Origin: Bdellovibrionales bacterium RIFOXYD12_FULL_39_22
GTDB lineage: Bacteria > Bdellovibrionota > Bacteriovoracia > Bacteriovoracales > Bacteriovoracaceae
Reading direction: 5' to 3'
DNA: 64,000 bases
Assembly (NCBI GenBank): GCA_001770205.1
Contig: MEQL01000038.1
Location: forward strand, 1-64,000
Shown here one piece after another: positions 11,601 to 21,598 of the stretch (positions are counted from its first letter, which is position 1; every line of letters starts with the position of its first letter). A program made the position numbers and the translations under genes. The notes under the pieces were generated by a model that searched no databases, was not told where the DNA came from, and was given only the letters and a program-made list of their open reading frames with translations.

Positions 11601-11766
11601 ACGGTGGGCCGTCGTAGAAAATATATGGTTTATTCGGGCGCGTTTTATCTAGAGACTTTTTAAAGATCTTATTTTTTTTCCAGAAGGCCAGAGTTTCATG
11701 TTCTGCTTTTACAAAAGAAAAATTGTCTTTTTCGACGCTAACTTCAACGTTGCTTTGTTCGCTCAT
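8611..11766 (-). CDS. ileS: Isoleucine--tRNA ligase, type 2
   Basis: DGPPFATGLPHHGH, GWDCHGLP, WTTTPWTLPSN, KMSKR; IleRS2-type C-terminus (EGLAREVVNRIQ). Start placed at MSEQ. Confidence 0.97.
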   Translation of the reverse strand: MSEQSNVEVSVEKDNFSFVKAEHETLAFWKKNKIFKKSLDKTRPNKPYIFYDGPPFATGLPHHGHLVGSILKDIVPRYFTMKGYYVERRWGWDCHGLPIEHEIDKKLGMSAQDAVIKLGIKGYNDECRGIVARYTSEWQKTIERLGRWVDFENDYRTMDPSFMESVWWVFKQLWDKDLVYEGTKVVPFSTALGTVLSNFEASQNYQDVQDPAITILFKAADQVDTYYAAWTTTPWTLPSNLALCVGADIDYVKVKDEEKNIFLILAAARLATYGQKRKLKVIEEFKGASLKGKRYLPLFPYFEKLANNGAFQILCDSYVTTEDGTGIVHTAPAFGEDDSRVMKEANIMASVCPVDDAGKFTQEVSDYAGTYVKDADKQIIKRLKDEGRLYDHSVVVHSYPFCPRSDTPLIYKTIPSWYVNVEKIKDKVIRANKEINWVPDHIKEGRFGKWLEGARDWAISRNRIWGTPIPIWTNDVSKKHICIGSFEELKKYTGKTLTDYHRENVDPLTFSLANEPGVYRRIPEVLDCWFESGSMPYAQLHYPFENQQMFKDGFPAEYIAEGIDQTRGWFYNLTVLSAALFDSPAFKNVIVNGIVTAEDGKKMSKRLKNYTAPDALMEEYGADAFRLYLINSGLVRAEEQRFADSGVKDMVRRALLPWYNSYKFFITYAEVDGWSAGHNFKYGDNIVDRWVLSKLQTLKKNIATEMEGYRLYNVVPALFNFIEDLTNWYIRLNRSRFWGEGLSDDKCAAYSTLYTAIRELSIAMAPFAPFLSEHIYQSLKIFGDKSNEESVHLCTYPMPDDKMINTTLEDAVDRMQQLILLGRQKRNQVQIKVKTPLARLTIIHRDRSMLEEISKLEGYIQAELNVKHIEYSQDETKYIGLSAKPNLPVLGKRLGKELGKFKKMIETISAIDLVKLEAEGSITLGGEHFSLNDILIFREAKAQTHALSNRFISIDMDCTLNQNLINEGLAREVVNRIQKSRKDLNFNVADRITIAYAGAEELERAIAEHLDYISKETLAISAKKVAKESMGMDALTYEIDEWQISLSIKKT

Positions 11767-11984
11767 GAGAGATCTCCACAAGATAAATACTAAAATGCTA
11801 TAAAGAAAAGAATAGTATCGAATAAGTTACAAGGGGAGGCCATTTGAGTCAAGGGTGAATTAATCTAAATTATCGGGACAAAGAAATTATAAAAATCTCT
11901 TTACTATTTGCCGCTACTGCAAATAATATCCCCGGATTACAAAAAAGGGATCACACTGTCTTGTCTATAACAAGGGGATGTTTA

Positions 11985-12854
11985 ATGGGTTTAAATATGA
12001 TCGTTACTGTAAAGCAAGTTCCGGATACGCATGATGTTGCAAGTGATGCAATGAAACCCGATGGAACTGTTAATCGCGCAGCGTTACCAACAATTTTTAA
12101 TCCTGAGGACCTCAATGCTTTAGAAGAGGCCTTAAAAATAAAAGATCGAGTAGGTGGAAAAATCACCGTAATCACCATGGGCCCCCCCAAGGCAGTTGAT
12201 GTTTTGCGAGATTGTCTTTTTCGCGGTGCTGATGATGTGGTGTTGATCTCAGATCGCAAATTTGCCGGGGCCGACACTCTGGCCACATCTTATGCATTAA
12301 AATGTGCCGTGGAAAAAATTGGAAAATATGACATCGTACTTTGTGGCCGGCAGGCAATTGATGGCGATACTGCACAGGTCGGGCCGCAGTTAGCGGAAAA
12401 ATTAGGAATTAATCAAATTACCTGTGTCACAGCAGTAAAAGAATTGTCCGATTCTTTTATTACCGCCCAGCGAGCTGTTGATGGTGGGCACGAGATCGTT
12501 AAGAGTAAGTTTCCAGTTCTTTTGACCGTTACTGCCGAGGCCAATGAGCCTCGTTCTCCTAGCGCTAAGAAAGTGATGATGTATAAAAATATTGACAAAA
12601 AAACTACCGATGAATCTTACGATGAGACCTATATGACCGCCGGTGATAATGCGGCATTGACGTTCATAAAAGAGTGGAATGTAGATTCTATTAAGGCCGA
12701 TCCAGAGCAGTGCGGTCTTTCTGGTTCTCCCACCAAAGTGAAAAAAATTCAAAGTGTTGTTTTAACCGCCAGCAACACCAAACAGATTCAAAATAATGAA
12801 CAATCCATTGCGGCCTTGATAAACGAATTAAGAGCAGAACATATTTTAGGGTAG
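11985..12854 (+). CDS. etfB: Electron transfer flavoprotein beta subunit
   Basis: VKQVPD, FAGADTLATS, GRQAIDGDTAQVG, SPTKV. Confidence 0.95.
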   Translation: MGLNMIVTVKQVPDTHDVASDAMKPDGTVNRAALPTIFNPEDLNALEEALKIKDRVGGKITVITMGPPKAVDVLRDCLFRGADDVVLISDRKFAGADTLATSYALKCAVEKIGKYDIVLCGRQAIDGDTAQVGPQLAEKLGINQITCVTAVKELSDSFITAQRAVDGGHEIVKSKFPVLLTVTAEANEPRSPSAKKVMMYKNIDKKTTDESYDETYMTAGDNAALTFIKEWNVDSIKADPEQCGLSGSPTKVKKIQSVVLTASNTKQIQNNEQSIAALINELRAEHILG

Positions 12855-12899
12855 GTCGACTGCGGCAATGTGGATAAATTGTGAATATGGAGAAAAAAT

Positions 12900-13910
12900 A
12901 TGAGTGATAAAAATGTAATGGTCTTCATCGAATACAATAATGGCAAAATTGCCGACGTTAGCTTGGAACTTATTTGCGAAGCTAAAAAGTTGGCCAGCAA
13001 ATTAGGCAGTGCTGTAACGGCCGTGGCCATAGGTGATAAAATTGCCACAAGTTTACCTCTTTTGGGATATCACGGATGCAGCAAGGTTTTTTTGTACGAA
13101 GATAAAAGGTTGGCGAATTTTACCTCCGTTCCCTACGCCAAAATAGTAGTGGAAACTATCAAAAAATATAACCCTTATATCGTACTTTTTGGAGCAACCA
13201 CAAATGGCCGTGACGTGGCCCCACGCGTGGCCTCGGAACTTAAATGTGGCCTAACGGCAGATTGTACGGATTTGCAAATCGGTGAACATGATATCAAAGA
13301 TAAAGTTTACAAAGATATTTTACTACAAATTCGTCCGGCCTTTGGTGGAAATATTATTGCTACTATTGTTTCTCCTGAAAGCATACCAAGTATGGCCACA
13401 GTGCGTGAAGGGGTGATGAAAATTTCACCGCCGAATATGGAACTTACCATAGAGATAGTCAAAGAAGAACATCAGCTATCAGCTGATGATTTTATGAGCG
13501 AAGTATTAGAGATAGTGCGAAAGGAGCGCTCAGTAAATTTAAAAGGAGCAGCAATTGTCGTCTCTGCGGGAATGGGCGCTGCTGATGAAGACTCTTTTGC
13601 GTTAGTTAAAGAGTTGGCAAAAACAGTTGGTGGAGTAGTTGGCGCCTCGCGGCCATTTGTTGATTCTGGCCGTCTAGAGCGGGATCATCAAGTAGGCCAG
13701 ACAGGAACTACAGTCCGACCGAATTTGTATATTGCCTGCGGTATCTCTGGCCAAATTCAACATCGCGCAGGAATGGCCGAGTCTAAACGCATTATTGCTA
13801 TAAATAGCGATCCTAATGCTCCAATTTTTGGTATCGCTCATTATGGAATTGTTGGGGACATTAAAGAGATAATTCCTCGAATGATTAAGGCATATAAAAA
13901 TAAACTTTAG
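12900..13910 (+). CDS. etfA: Electron transfer flavoprotein alpha subunit
   Basis: GLTADCT, RPAFGGN, QVGQTG, GISGQIQH. Confidence 0.95.
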   Translation: MSDKNVMVFIEYNNGKIADVSLELICEAKKLASKLGSAVTAVAIGDKIATSLPLLGYHGCSKVFLYEDKRLANFTSVPYAKIVVETIKKYNPYIVLFGATTNGRDVAPRVASELKCGLTADCTDLQIGEHDIKDKVYKDILLQIRPAFGGNIIATIVSPESIPSMATVREGVMKISPPNMELTIEIVKEEHQLSADDFMSEVLEIVRKERSVNLKGAAIVVSAGMGAADEDSFALVKELAKTVGGVVGASRPFVDSGRLERDHQVGQTGTTVRPNLYIACGISGQIQHRAGMAESKRIIAINSDPNAPIFGIAHYGIVGDIKEIIPRMIKAYKNKL

Positions 13911-13955
13911 GGTAATGAACTATACATATTATTAGAGAAAAAGTCAGGAGGCCTT

Positions 13956-15668
13956 GTGTCCAATTTTTATAAAGATAATGAAGATATTTTGTTCCACATT
14001 AAAAATCAAGATTTGAGTCGAATTGTTTCTTTGCGAGAAGATAATTTTAATGAAAAAAATAAATTTCCTTATGCTCCCCAATCATATGAAGATGCCCTCG
14101 ATAATTACGATCGAGTGTTAGATATTGTGGGGGATATCGCTGGAAATTTCATTGCTCCTCGTGCTCCAGGGGTTGATGCAGAGGGTGCCCATTTTGAAAA
14201 TGGAGAAGTTCGGTATGCTCAGGGTACTGCGGAAGCAATTGATCGTTTGAAAAAGGCAGATCTCTTAGGGTTTACCATTCCTCGTCAATACGGTGGAATT
14301 AATATGCCCAAGACGATCTATTCTGCGGCCATAGAGATGGTTTCCCGTGGTGATGCCTCTTTGATGAATATTTTTGGATTACAAGAAATTGCGGAAACAA
14401 TCTATAAGTTTGGCTCGGATGATCAAAGGACGCGTTATCTTCCTCGATTTACTTCTGGTGCTGTGACGGGAGCAATGTCTTTAACGGAGCCAGATGCTGG
14501 TTCGGATTTGCAATCAGTTGCCACTCGTGCGGAGCAAGATAGCAATGGTGATTGGAGAATTACGGGAGTTAAGCGGTTTATTACCAATGGCCGTGCGCAG
14601 GTGTCATTAGTTATGGCCAGAAGTGAGCATGGTACAAGTGGAGGAAAAGGGATTTCTCTTTTTATCTATGATCGTGATAAAAATATGAAGATTCGACGCA
14701 TTGAACATAAGTTGGGAATAAAAGGATCTCCAACTTGCGAATTACAATTTAATGGTGCCAAGGCCGAGCTTTTAGGTACTCGCAAGATGGGATTGATCAA
14801 ATATACGATGTCGCTGATGAATGGAGCGCGATTAGGAGTGGCAGCACAATCGTTAGGTATTGCCGAGGCAGCTTATCGAGAAGCAGACAAATATGCTAAG
14901 GAGCGTTCTCAATTTAAGCAGTCGATTCGAGATTTTACGGCCATCTATGAGATGTTGACCGATATGAAGGTTAACATCGAAGCGGCCCGTTCGTTGCTTT
15001 ATGAGACTTCTCGTATTGTGGATATTAAAGAGGGGATTGAAGATGCGATTGAGCATCATGTAGAACGAAAGAATGATTTAGGCGAAGATTTAAAGCGCTA
15101 TACCAAGTTTGCATCACTTTTTACCCCGATGGTTAAGGCCTATGCTGCAGAGACTTGCAATAAAGTGGCTTTTGATGCTCTCCAAATTCATGGGGGGGTT
15201 GGATTTACTTGTGAATTTAATATTGAACGCCACTATCGTGATGCGCGTATTACTAATATCTATGAAGGAACAACTCAATTGCAAGTGGTGGCGGCCATCG
15301 GAGGAGTTACTAGTGGGGTAGTGTTGGAGCGCTTAAATGATTATGAAAACAGCAACGATTTTAATTCAGTTGCCCCCAAAATTGAGTTGGCCCGTCGTCT
15401 GCGCACACATCTAGAATCCGCGGTATCGTTTGTTAAAGAGATTAATGATGAAGCTTTTACAGAATTTCACGCCCGTCGCTTAGTAGAAATGTCTACAGAT
15501 GTAACGCTTGCTTATCTTCTTTGTATTGATGCTACAAAAAATGATCGCAAGAAAGCAGTGGCCGAGGCCTTCCTTTCGAAGGCAAAAATTCGCGTAAAGA
15601 ATGCGCTGGATTATATAACTTCCAATGACCGAGCAATTATAAATAATCACCAAAAAATTATCGGGTAA
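13956..15668 (+). CDS. Acyl-CoA dehydrogenase with N- and C-terminal extensions
   Basis: LTEPDAGSD, KRFITNG, KLGIKGSPT, QIHGG, IYEGTTQLQ. Confidence 0.93.
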   Translation: MSNFYKDNEDILFHIKNQDLSRIVSLREDNFNEKNKFPYAPQSYEDALDNYDRVLDIVGDIAGNFIAPRAPGVDAEGAHFENGEVRYAQGTAEAIDRLKKADLLGFTIPRQYGGINMPKTIYSAAIEMVSRGDASLMNIFGLQEIAETIYKFGSDDQRTRYLPRFTSGAVTGAMSLTEPDAGSDLQSVATRAEQDSNGDWRITGVKRFITNGRAQVSLVMARSEHGTSGGKGISLFIYDRDKNMKIRRIEHKLGIKGSPTCELQFNGAKAELLGTRKMGLIKYTMSLMNGARLGVAAQSLGIAEAAYREADKYAKERSQFKQSIRDFTAIYEMLTDMKVNIEAARSLLYETSRIVDIKEGIEDAIEHHVERKNDLGEDLKRYTKFASLFTPMVKAYAAETCNKVAFDALQIHGGVGFTCEFNIERHYRDARITNIYEGTTQLQVVAAIGGVTSGVVLERLNDYENSNDFNSVAPKIELARRLRTHLESAVSFVKEINDEAFTEFHARRLVEMSTDVTLAYLLCIDATKNDRKKAVAEAFLSKAKIRVKNALDYITSNDRAIINNHQKIIG

Positions 15669-15686
15669 TTGGAAGGATTGTAGATA

Positions 15687-17486
15687 ATGAATAAAAAAGA
15701 ACATAGTCGCATGTTAGAGGTGTTATTTAGTTATCCGCCAATAGCATCGCGACTAAATGAACGGCCTGGTGATAAGAGGCAGATAGTAAAAAATGCTAAT
15801 GAGATCATGGCCGATCTATCGCTGAAGACTCTGGATAATTTTTCCAAAATTTTAGATGCGGCCATGGACCGTTTTTACGAAAATCTAAATTTGGAGATAC
15901 CTCCGGACTTGGATTTTGAAAAAATTGTTACCGAAAAAAATGTGGTAATTGTTCCTAATCATCAATCACATGCTGACTATGTGGCCTTAAATTACATGGT
16001 CTATAAGCGTTTTAAATTTCCGCTTTACGTTGCAGGTGGAAATAATTTGAATATTATTCCCATCGGATCACTTTTTCGGCGCTCTGGTTGTTTTTTCATT
16101 CGGCGAACATTTCAAAATGATATTTTATATAAGCTGACACTAGAGGCCTATCTCTATTTTCTTCTTCGCGAAGGCCGTCCTATTGAATTTTTTTTCGAAG
16201 GAGGGCGTTCTCGTTCTGGGAAATTACTTTCTCCCAAGCTGGGCCTTTATCAGATGCTCTTGACTGCCCATCAGGCCATCTCGCCTCAAGAGCGCAAGGA
16301 ACTACTGTTTTGGCCGGCCAGTATTGTCCATGAATTTGTTCCCGAACAGCGCGCCATGACAAGAGAATTGGAGGGGGCGGCAAAAAAGAAAGAAAGCTTT
16401 GCTCAATTGCTCAAAATTGTAAAACTCTTCTCCGTGCAATTAGGCAGTATTCACATAAGACTTGGCCGTCCAATAGTGGGCGAGATTGCGGCCGATGATG
16501 TTAAGAGTTCAACGTGGAATTTGGCATATCGCTGTTTTAGAGAAGTGGGTAGAAATTTATTAGTGACTCCAACCTCTCTTTTGGCCCTCATTATGTTAGA
16601 TGATCCAGTCGGGGCCATTAAGTGGGATGAAATTTTGCTAAAGGCGCGAAAGATTTTAAATTTTTGTGAAAAATTTAATGTTCCGGTTGCAGGTACACTA
16701 ACAGGTAGCGCATTAGAGGTAAATTTAGAAAAGGCACTAGATCTTTTCATCGCTAATGAGAAGATTAATATTCTTGGTAAATCAAGTTTTGGCCGAGTTT
16801 TTTATGCAATTAAAGAGGAGTGCCGACAAGAAATTCTCTACATAAAAAATACCATTGTTCATCACTTTTTAGTTCCCTGGATAATCAATTTGGGATGGGC
16901 AAAAATTTTTAATGGAGAGATTAGCTCAGGAGTAGAATTAAGGGAATTTTTTAAGCGAGAAAGAGCATCATTAGAGTATGAATTTTATCTTCCTTCTAAT
17001 CCAGAAATTTTAGAAGTCACTTTGAAATTTATCTCTGGGATTATTGGAAGAGATCTTAAGGCCTTGGATGAAACACTATCATTGTCTAGAAAAGAGTATG
17101 CCGAAATTGCTAGGAACTTAGGAGTATTCGCGAGGGGAGTGAGTTATATTTATGAGGGTTACTATCTTTCCGCTCGGGCCATCAAATCATTGCTGTTTGA
17201 GTCAACCGCCGGACTAGAACCGACAGATTCCTTTTCTTACGAGCAATTTGAAAAAGAGTTTAATTATATTTTCGAAGAGGAGTTAAGAAGTGGAGAGGTT
17301 ATTAAGTATGCTGAAAGCTGCTCTCGGCCGCTTATAAAAAATAGTTTTAAGTATTTTACACACGAAAAAATCATTGATAATAGCGATGGTAGTTACAGAT
17401 TATTAGATCGAGATGGCCTGGAGCAAATAATTTCCCGGTACGCTCAAAATCTCAAAGATCAACTAAGCATTAATATAAAAATTTAA
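15687..17486 (+). CDS. plsB: Glycerol-3-phosphate acyltransferase (PlsB/GPAT family)
   Basis: NHQSHADY (HxxxxD), AGGNNL, FFIRR, FFEGGRSRSGK. Confidence 0.85.
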   Translation: MNKKEHSRMLEVLFSYPPIASRLNERPGDKRQIVKNANEIMADLSLKTLDNFSKILDAAMDRFYENLNLEIPPDLDFEKIVTEKNVVIVPNHQSHADYVALNYMVYKRFKFPLYVAGGNNLNIIPIGSLFRRSGCFFIRRTFQNDILYKLTLEAYLYFLLREGRPIEFFFEGGRSRSGKLLSPKLGLYQMLLTAHQAISPQERKELLFWPASIVHEFVPEQRAMTRELEGAAKKKESFAQLLKIVKLFSVQLGSIHIRLGRPIVGEIAADDVKSSTWNLAYRCFREVGRNLLVTPTSLLALIMLDDPVGAIKWDEILLKARKILNFCEKFNVPVAGTLTGSALEVNLEKALDLFIANEKINILGKSSFGRVFYAIKEECRQEILYIKNTIVHHFLVPWIINLGWAKIFNGEISSGVELREFFKRERASLEYEFYLPSNPEILEVTLKFISGIIGRDLKALDETLSLSRKEYAEIARNLGVFARGVSYIYEGYYLSARAIKSLLFESTAGLEPTDSFSYEQFEKEFNYIFEEELRSGEVIKYAESCSRPLIKNSFKYFTHEKIIDNSDGSYRLLDRDGLEQIISRYAQNLKDQLSINIKI

Positions 17487-17501
17487 ATAGGTAGGTCTGT
17501 A

Positions 17502-18101
17502 ATGAGTGGAAAGAAAAAAAATAGCTTTTCCGAGGATAAAAAAAAATATCAAGAAGTAGTGGCGGCCATCACTAATATTTTTGAATACCTCGGAGAGAAT
17601 CCGACGAGGGAAGGATTGAAGGAGAGTCCGGCGCGAATTGTTAAATCCTGGGAGCGTCTATTTGGTGGTTACCTGCAAGATCCGAAAGATGTCCTTACAA
17701 CTTTTAAAGAAGATAATGTTGTTCCCTTTAATCAGATAATTTTACTGAAAGATATTGAATTTTACTCTACCTGTGAACATCACTTTCAACCATTTATCGG
17801 CAAGGCCCATGTGGCCTATATTCCAGAAAACAAAGTGATTGGAATCTCCAAATTGGCCAGAATTTTAGAGATTTATGCTCGCCGCTTGCAGATTCAGGAG
17901 CGCATTGGAAATCAGGTAACTGAGACTATTATGACAGTATTGGGGGCCAAGGCCGCCGCCTGTATTATTGAGGCCAAGCATCTGTGCATGGCCAGTCGAG
18001 GGGTGGAGAAGCAAAACTCCATTATGGTAACCTCTTCACTCAAAGGGACTTTTTTGGAAAATCCTAAGTCGCGTCAAGAATTGATGAGTCTCATCAAATA
18101 A
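17502..18101 (+). CDS. folE: GTP cyclohydrolase I
   Basis: [28 protein letters not shown]. Confidence 0.96.
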   Translation: MSGKKKNSFSEDKKKYQEVVAAITNIFEYLGENPTREGLKESPARIVKSWERLFGGYLQDPKDVLTTFKEDNVVPFNQIILLKDIEFYSTCEHHFQPFIGKAHVAYIPENKVIGISKLARILEIYARRLQIQERIGNQVTETIMTVLGAKAAACIIEAKHLCMASRGVEKQNSIMVTSSLKGTFLENPKSRQELMSLIK

Positions 18102-18195
18102 ATCGTTCATCAAAGAAATTTACTTTTTTTACAACCGATGTCATGCTATCCTCTGCAATGGTTGATTATTTTTATACCTAAGTAAGGAGGATGTT

Positions 18196-18843
18196 ATTAA
18201 AGGATTTGGTTCTTCGCATTCAAGAGGTAGAAACAGTGGCCCAAGAGTTAATCATGAAATAAGAATTCCGGAATGTCGCCTGGTCGGGGATGATGGACAT
18301 CAGTATGGAATTGTTTCCATGAGTGAAGCATTACGAATTGCAGAGGGCCAAGGATTGGATTTAGTAGAAATTTCCCCAACCGCTACACCACCTCTGGTAA
18401 AGGTAATTGACTACGGTAAATTTAAGTATGAAGCACAAAAAAAGGCCAATGAGGCTAAACAGAAGCAGCTGGTTGTGCAGCTAAAAGAGATTCAACTTAA
18501 ACCTAATATTGAAAAACATGACTTAGAAACCAAGCTTAATCATGCCAAAAAATTTCTCGAAGATGGTGACAAGATAAAGATGGTTATGCAGTTTAGAGGC
18601 CGGGAGATGGCCTACAAAGATGCAGGGATGGAGAAATTTAAGAGCATTCTTGTTTCAGTTGTGGAGATGGGGGCAGTAGTTGAACAAGAACCATTGATGC
18701 AAGGAAATCGCATCATCACTATTTTAGCTCCTGATAAGCAAATTGTTAAAATGGCCCAACAGCGTGCACGCGAGCTGGCACAAAAGAAGGCAGAAGAAAA
18801 GGCCGCACGTCGAGAAGGGAAGCTCAAAAATAATAACGAATAG
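18196..18843 (+). CDS. infC: Translation initiation factor IF-3, ATT start
   Basis: SD AAGGAGG 18184-18190, in-frame ATT at 18196; restores PRVNHEIRIPECRLVG N-terminus missing from the ORF track; DYGKFKYE, FRGRE. Confidence 0.93.
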   Translation: MKGFGSSHSRGRNSGPRVNHEIRIPECRLVGDDGHQYGIVSMSEALRIAEGQGLDLVEISPTATPPLVKVIDYGKFKYEAQKKANEAKQKQLVVQLKEIQLKPNIEKHDLETKLNHAKKFLEDGDKIKMVMQFRGREMAYKDAGMEKFKSILVSVVEMGAVVEQEPLMQGNRIITILAPDKQIVKMAQQRARELAQKKAEEKAARREGKLKNNNE

Positions 18844-18939
18844 GTGCTATTTTCCTTTTACATTTTAGGAAGCTGCTGATATTCATACCAGTCATTGTTT
18901 TATTTTTTGTTAAAAATGTTGATTTTGAGGAGCGGTTTT

Positions 18940-19137
18940 ATGCCAAAAATGAAGACCAAAAGAGCAGCGGCAAAAAGATTTTCTTTCACGGCCACTGGTA
19001 AAGTTAAAAGAAGAAGAAAAGGATTAAGACATATTTTAGAAAAAAGATCTCATAAGTCTAAGAAATTGGCAGGAAGGACAGATTACGTTCACCCAACAGA
19101 TATGGGACGTATGCATAAAATGCTGCCATATGGCTAG
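18940..19137 (+). CDS. rpmI: 50S ribosomal protein L35
   Basis: MPKMKTKRAAAKRF after SD GAGGAG; infC-rpmI-rplT order. Confidence 0.96.
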   Translation: MPKMKTKRAAAKRFSFTATGKVKRRRKGLRHILEKRSHKSKKLAGRTDYVHPTDMGRMHKMLPYG

Positions 19138-19222
19138 TTAATTATTTTGGTAAAATAACAGAGGCCTGGGCCACAAAGGATCAAAAAAGTCCCCCACGGT
19201 TTCGTTCATAAGGAGACAGTTT

Positions 19223-19567
19223 ATGTCAAGAGTTCGTCGAGGGTTTAAAGCAAGAAGAAGAAGAAATAGACTTTTGAAGTTGGCCAAAGGATTTCACTTT
19301 GATAGAAGAACAAAAGTTCGCCAGGCCGCTACCACCATTTGTCGAGCATTATATTTTTCATATGTTGGCCGCAAGCGTCTAAAGCGCGAGATGCGCTCTA
19401 CCTGGATTATCAGAATTAATGCGGGGGCACGCCTACTTGGTAGTTCATATTCTAAAATGATGTGTGCGATGAAGAAGAACAATTGCCTCATTAATAGAAA
19501 GATGTTGGCAGAAATAGCCGCTACAGATTTTAATGCCTTTCAAGCAATTAATACTTCTCTGAAGTAG
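19223..19567 (+). CDS. rplT: 50S ribosomal protein L20
   Basis: MSRVRRG, WIIRINA, NRKMLAEIA. Confidence 0.96.
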   Translation: MSRVRRGFKARRRRNRLLKLAKGFHFDRRTKVRQAATTICRALYFSYVGRKRLKREMRSTWIIRINAGARLLGSSYSKMMCAMKKNNCLINRKMLAEIAATDFNAFQAINTSLK

Positions 19568-19642
19568 TAATAGTTGTTTAGTTAATCATTCTTATTATCG
19601 TTGGTTGTAAAAAGTTTCGAAATAAGCATATAATATAAGCTT

Positions 19643-20608
19643 GTGATTGAATCAAATAATTCAGATTTTTATGATGTTGGCCTCTCTATTTTAAAGAGAG
19701 TCAAAAAGACATTGCCATTTGATGTTTACATCAAACGCGCAGAAGACAAGTTTTCTAAAATATTTAATGTAGGAGATGAAGTCGATTGGGAGCGAATTGT
19801 CCAATACGAAAAAAAAGGTGTTAATAGCTTCTATGTAACCAAAAAAGATTATGATCTTTATACTTCCTTCATAGAAAAATTGGGGCAAATACTTATTCAA
19901 AAAAGTGCAACATTTTCTGCTGGAGAGACAACTAGTTTGCTAAAAGAGATGATCAGTTTTGCCGTAAGAGATATTGTGGCAAAGCATAGTGTCGATCAGC
20001 GAGTTGTTCAGACGGCATCGAATGTGGTGCAAAGTTGTGTAGGTAGTCTTAATGACGATCCCCAAGCACTTCTTCGGATTTTGAGTTTGATTTCCTCTAA
20101 AGAGTATGTCGTGAAGCATTCTATTTCGGTGGGAATTTTTTCTATTTTGCTAGCAAAAGGAAGCGGAATCGAAAGTGATAGCGTGCTTAATTTAATAGGA
20201 ATGGGGGCCTTTTTACACGATATTGGGTTGTCACAATTAACTTTTAGTGCAGAAGATAAAGAATCTTTGACCGCTGAGGAGCGCAAGGAGATTTGTCGTC
20301 ACCCGGCGTTGGGGAAGCAGATGTTAGATGGGATTCGTAACGTTAGAAATGAGGTTTCGCAAATTGTTTTACAGCACCACGAGCAACCCAATGGACACGG
20401 TTATCCAAATGGATTGCGAGACGGGGAAATTTATCCTCCGGCCAAGATTGTTGCAATCGCAGATAGTTTCTCGTCACTAATTGAAAATCGGCCATATCGC
20501 AAGGCATTTCCTCCAAAAGAGGCGTTGGAAAAAATGTTCGCTGACGGCCGCAAGTTTGATGGTGCCCTTCTTAGGGCCTTTGAGTCAATCTTGTTCCAAA
20601 AAAAATGA
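19643..20608 (+). CDS. HD-GYP domain phosphodiesterase
   Basis: LHDIG, HHEQPNGHGYPNGL, IADSF, RPYR. Confidence 0.9.
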   Translation: MIESNNSDFYDVGLSILKRVKKTLPFDVYIKRAEDKFSKIFNVGDEVDWERIVQYEKKGVNSFYVTKKDYDLYTSFIEKLGQILIQKSATFSAGETTSLLKEMISFAVRDIVAKHSVDQRVVQTASNVVQSCVGSLNDDPQALLRILSLISSKEYVVKHSISVGIFSILLAKGSGIESDSVLNLIGMGAFLHDIGLSQLTFSAEDKESLTAEERKEICRHPALGKQMLDGIRNVRNEVSQIVLQHHEQPNGHGYPNGLRDGEIYPPAKIVAIADSFSSLIENRPYRKAFPPKEALEKMFADGRKFDGALLRAFESILFQKK

Positions 20609-20612
20609 AATA

Positions 20613-21467
20613 CTAGTTGTGTTCAATATCGACTAATACTCCATTCTCATAGCGTCGACACTCTCCGTTGGCGCGCATTTCAATGATGCCGCGGATTGGT
20701 AGATCGTCATCATAATCTCTTACGTGTGCAGTTACTTCTCCTTTGGGAATGGTTGGAAGATCTTCATCCGCGCCCTCGCTATACTTGGAAGAGATGGCCT
20801 CTACGTCATATGAATAGAGAGAGCGTTCGTTTATGAAGATACTCATATATGGCTGCATAACGGAAGAGACATAGTAGTTATTTTGATGAGGAAGTCCTAA
20901 AAAGTGTCCTAGTTCATGTAATAGTACGGAGGGGAGATCATAACTGATTCCACTGTCTTTTGTGTCTATGCTATAGCTAAAATCGCGGTAGTTTATAATA
21001 ATGTCGGCATGAATCAATTCGAAATACTCTGAGGCCGATCCACGATTTTTAATTTTTGTAAAGTACTGGGTAACGGCCAGAACATCGGAATCAATATTGG
21101 TAAACCATTTATATGATTTATATACTCCCATTTCTCCATCATAGTAATCATCTATGTTGGCAAAGCTTTTATTGGCGGTGGCGGTAGTAGAAAAGTCGAA
21201 CAATTTATAGTCAGTGATAATGTTGTCCCACTGATCGGCCATTGTCATGATTTGAGTACGTTCATCATCGGAGAAGTCGGATGATATTGATAAGCGAATA
21301 GGAGAGGCGGTTAGCCGCTGGGTAGACCACATTAGTTTGTCATAGTTGGTTATTTTTTGATTTTTATTAAAAGATGGCGCTCCTTTAGCAGAAGTCTCCT
21401 CTTTAAATTGGCAGCCAGTAAGGAAAAAAAACAGAAGTATAACTACTTTTATTAATCCATCACTCAT
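20613..21467 (-). CDS. Matrixin (M10-like) zinc metalloprotease lipoprotein
   Basis: HELGHFLGLPH plus Met-turn SVM; lipobox LTGC. Confidence 0.85.
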   Translation of the reverse strand: MSDGLIKVVILLFFFLTGCQFKEETSAKGAPSFNKNQKITNYDKLMWSTQRLTASPIRLSISSDFSDDERTQIMTMADQWDNIITDYKLFDFSTTATANKSFANIDDYYDGEMGVYKSYKWFTNIDSDVLAVTQYFTKIKNRGSASEYFELIHADIIINYRDFSYSIDTKDSGISYDLPSVLLHELGHFLGLPHQNNYYVSSVMQPYMSIFINERSLYSYDVEAISSKYSEGADEDLPTIPKGEVTAHVRDYDDDLPIRGIIEMRANGECRRYENGVLVDIEHN

Positions 21468-21598
21468 ACTATTTCCTCGGATTTGCTAGTATCTATTCGG
21501 TTAACAGAATAAAAACCTTAGGAAAATAATCAGGTATTGACTGGTAGGCAATCTAACTGCCCTTTTTTATAAAAGCTGGCCGATATATAATAATATCT

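Noticed and set aside
19138..19222. Possible L20 autoregulatory structure between rpmI and rplT
   Set aside because: Only a weak AT-rich hairpin; cannot be supported by eye.
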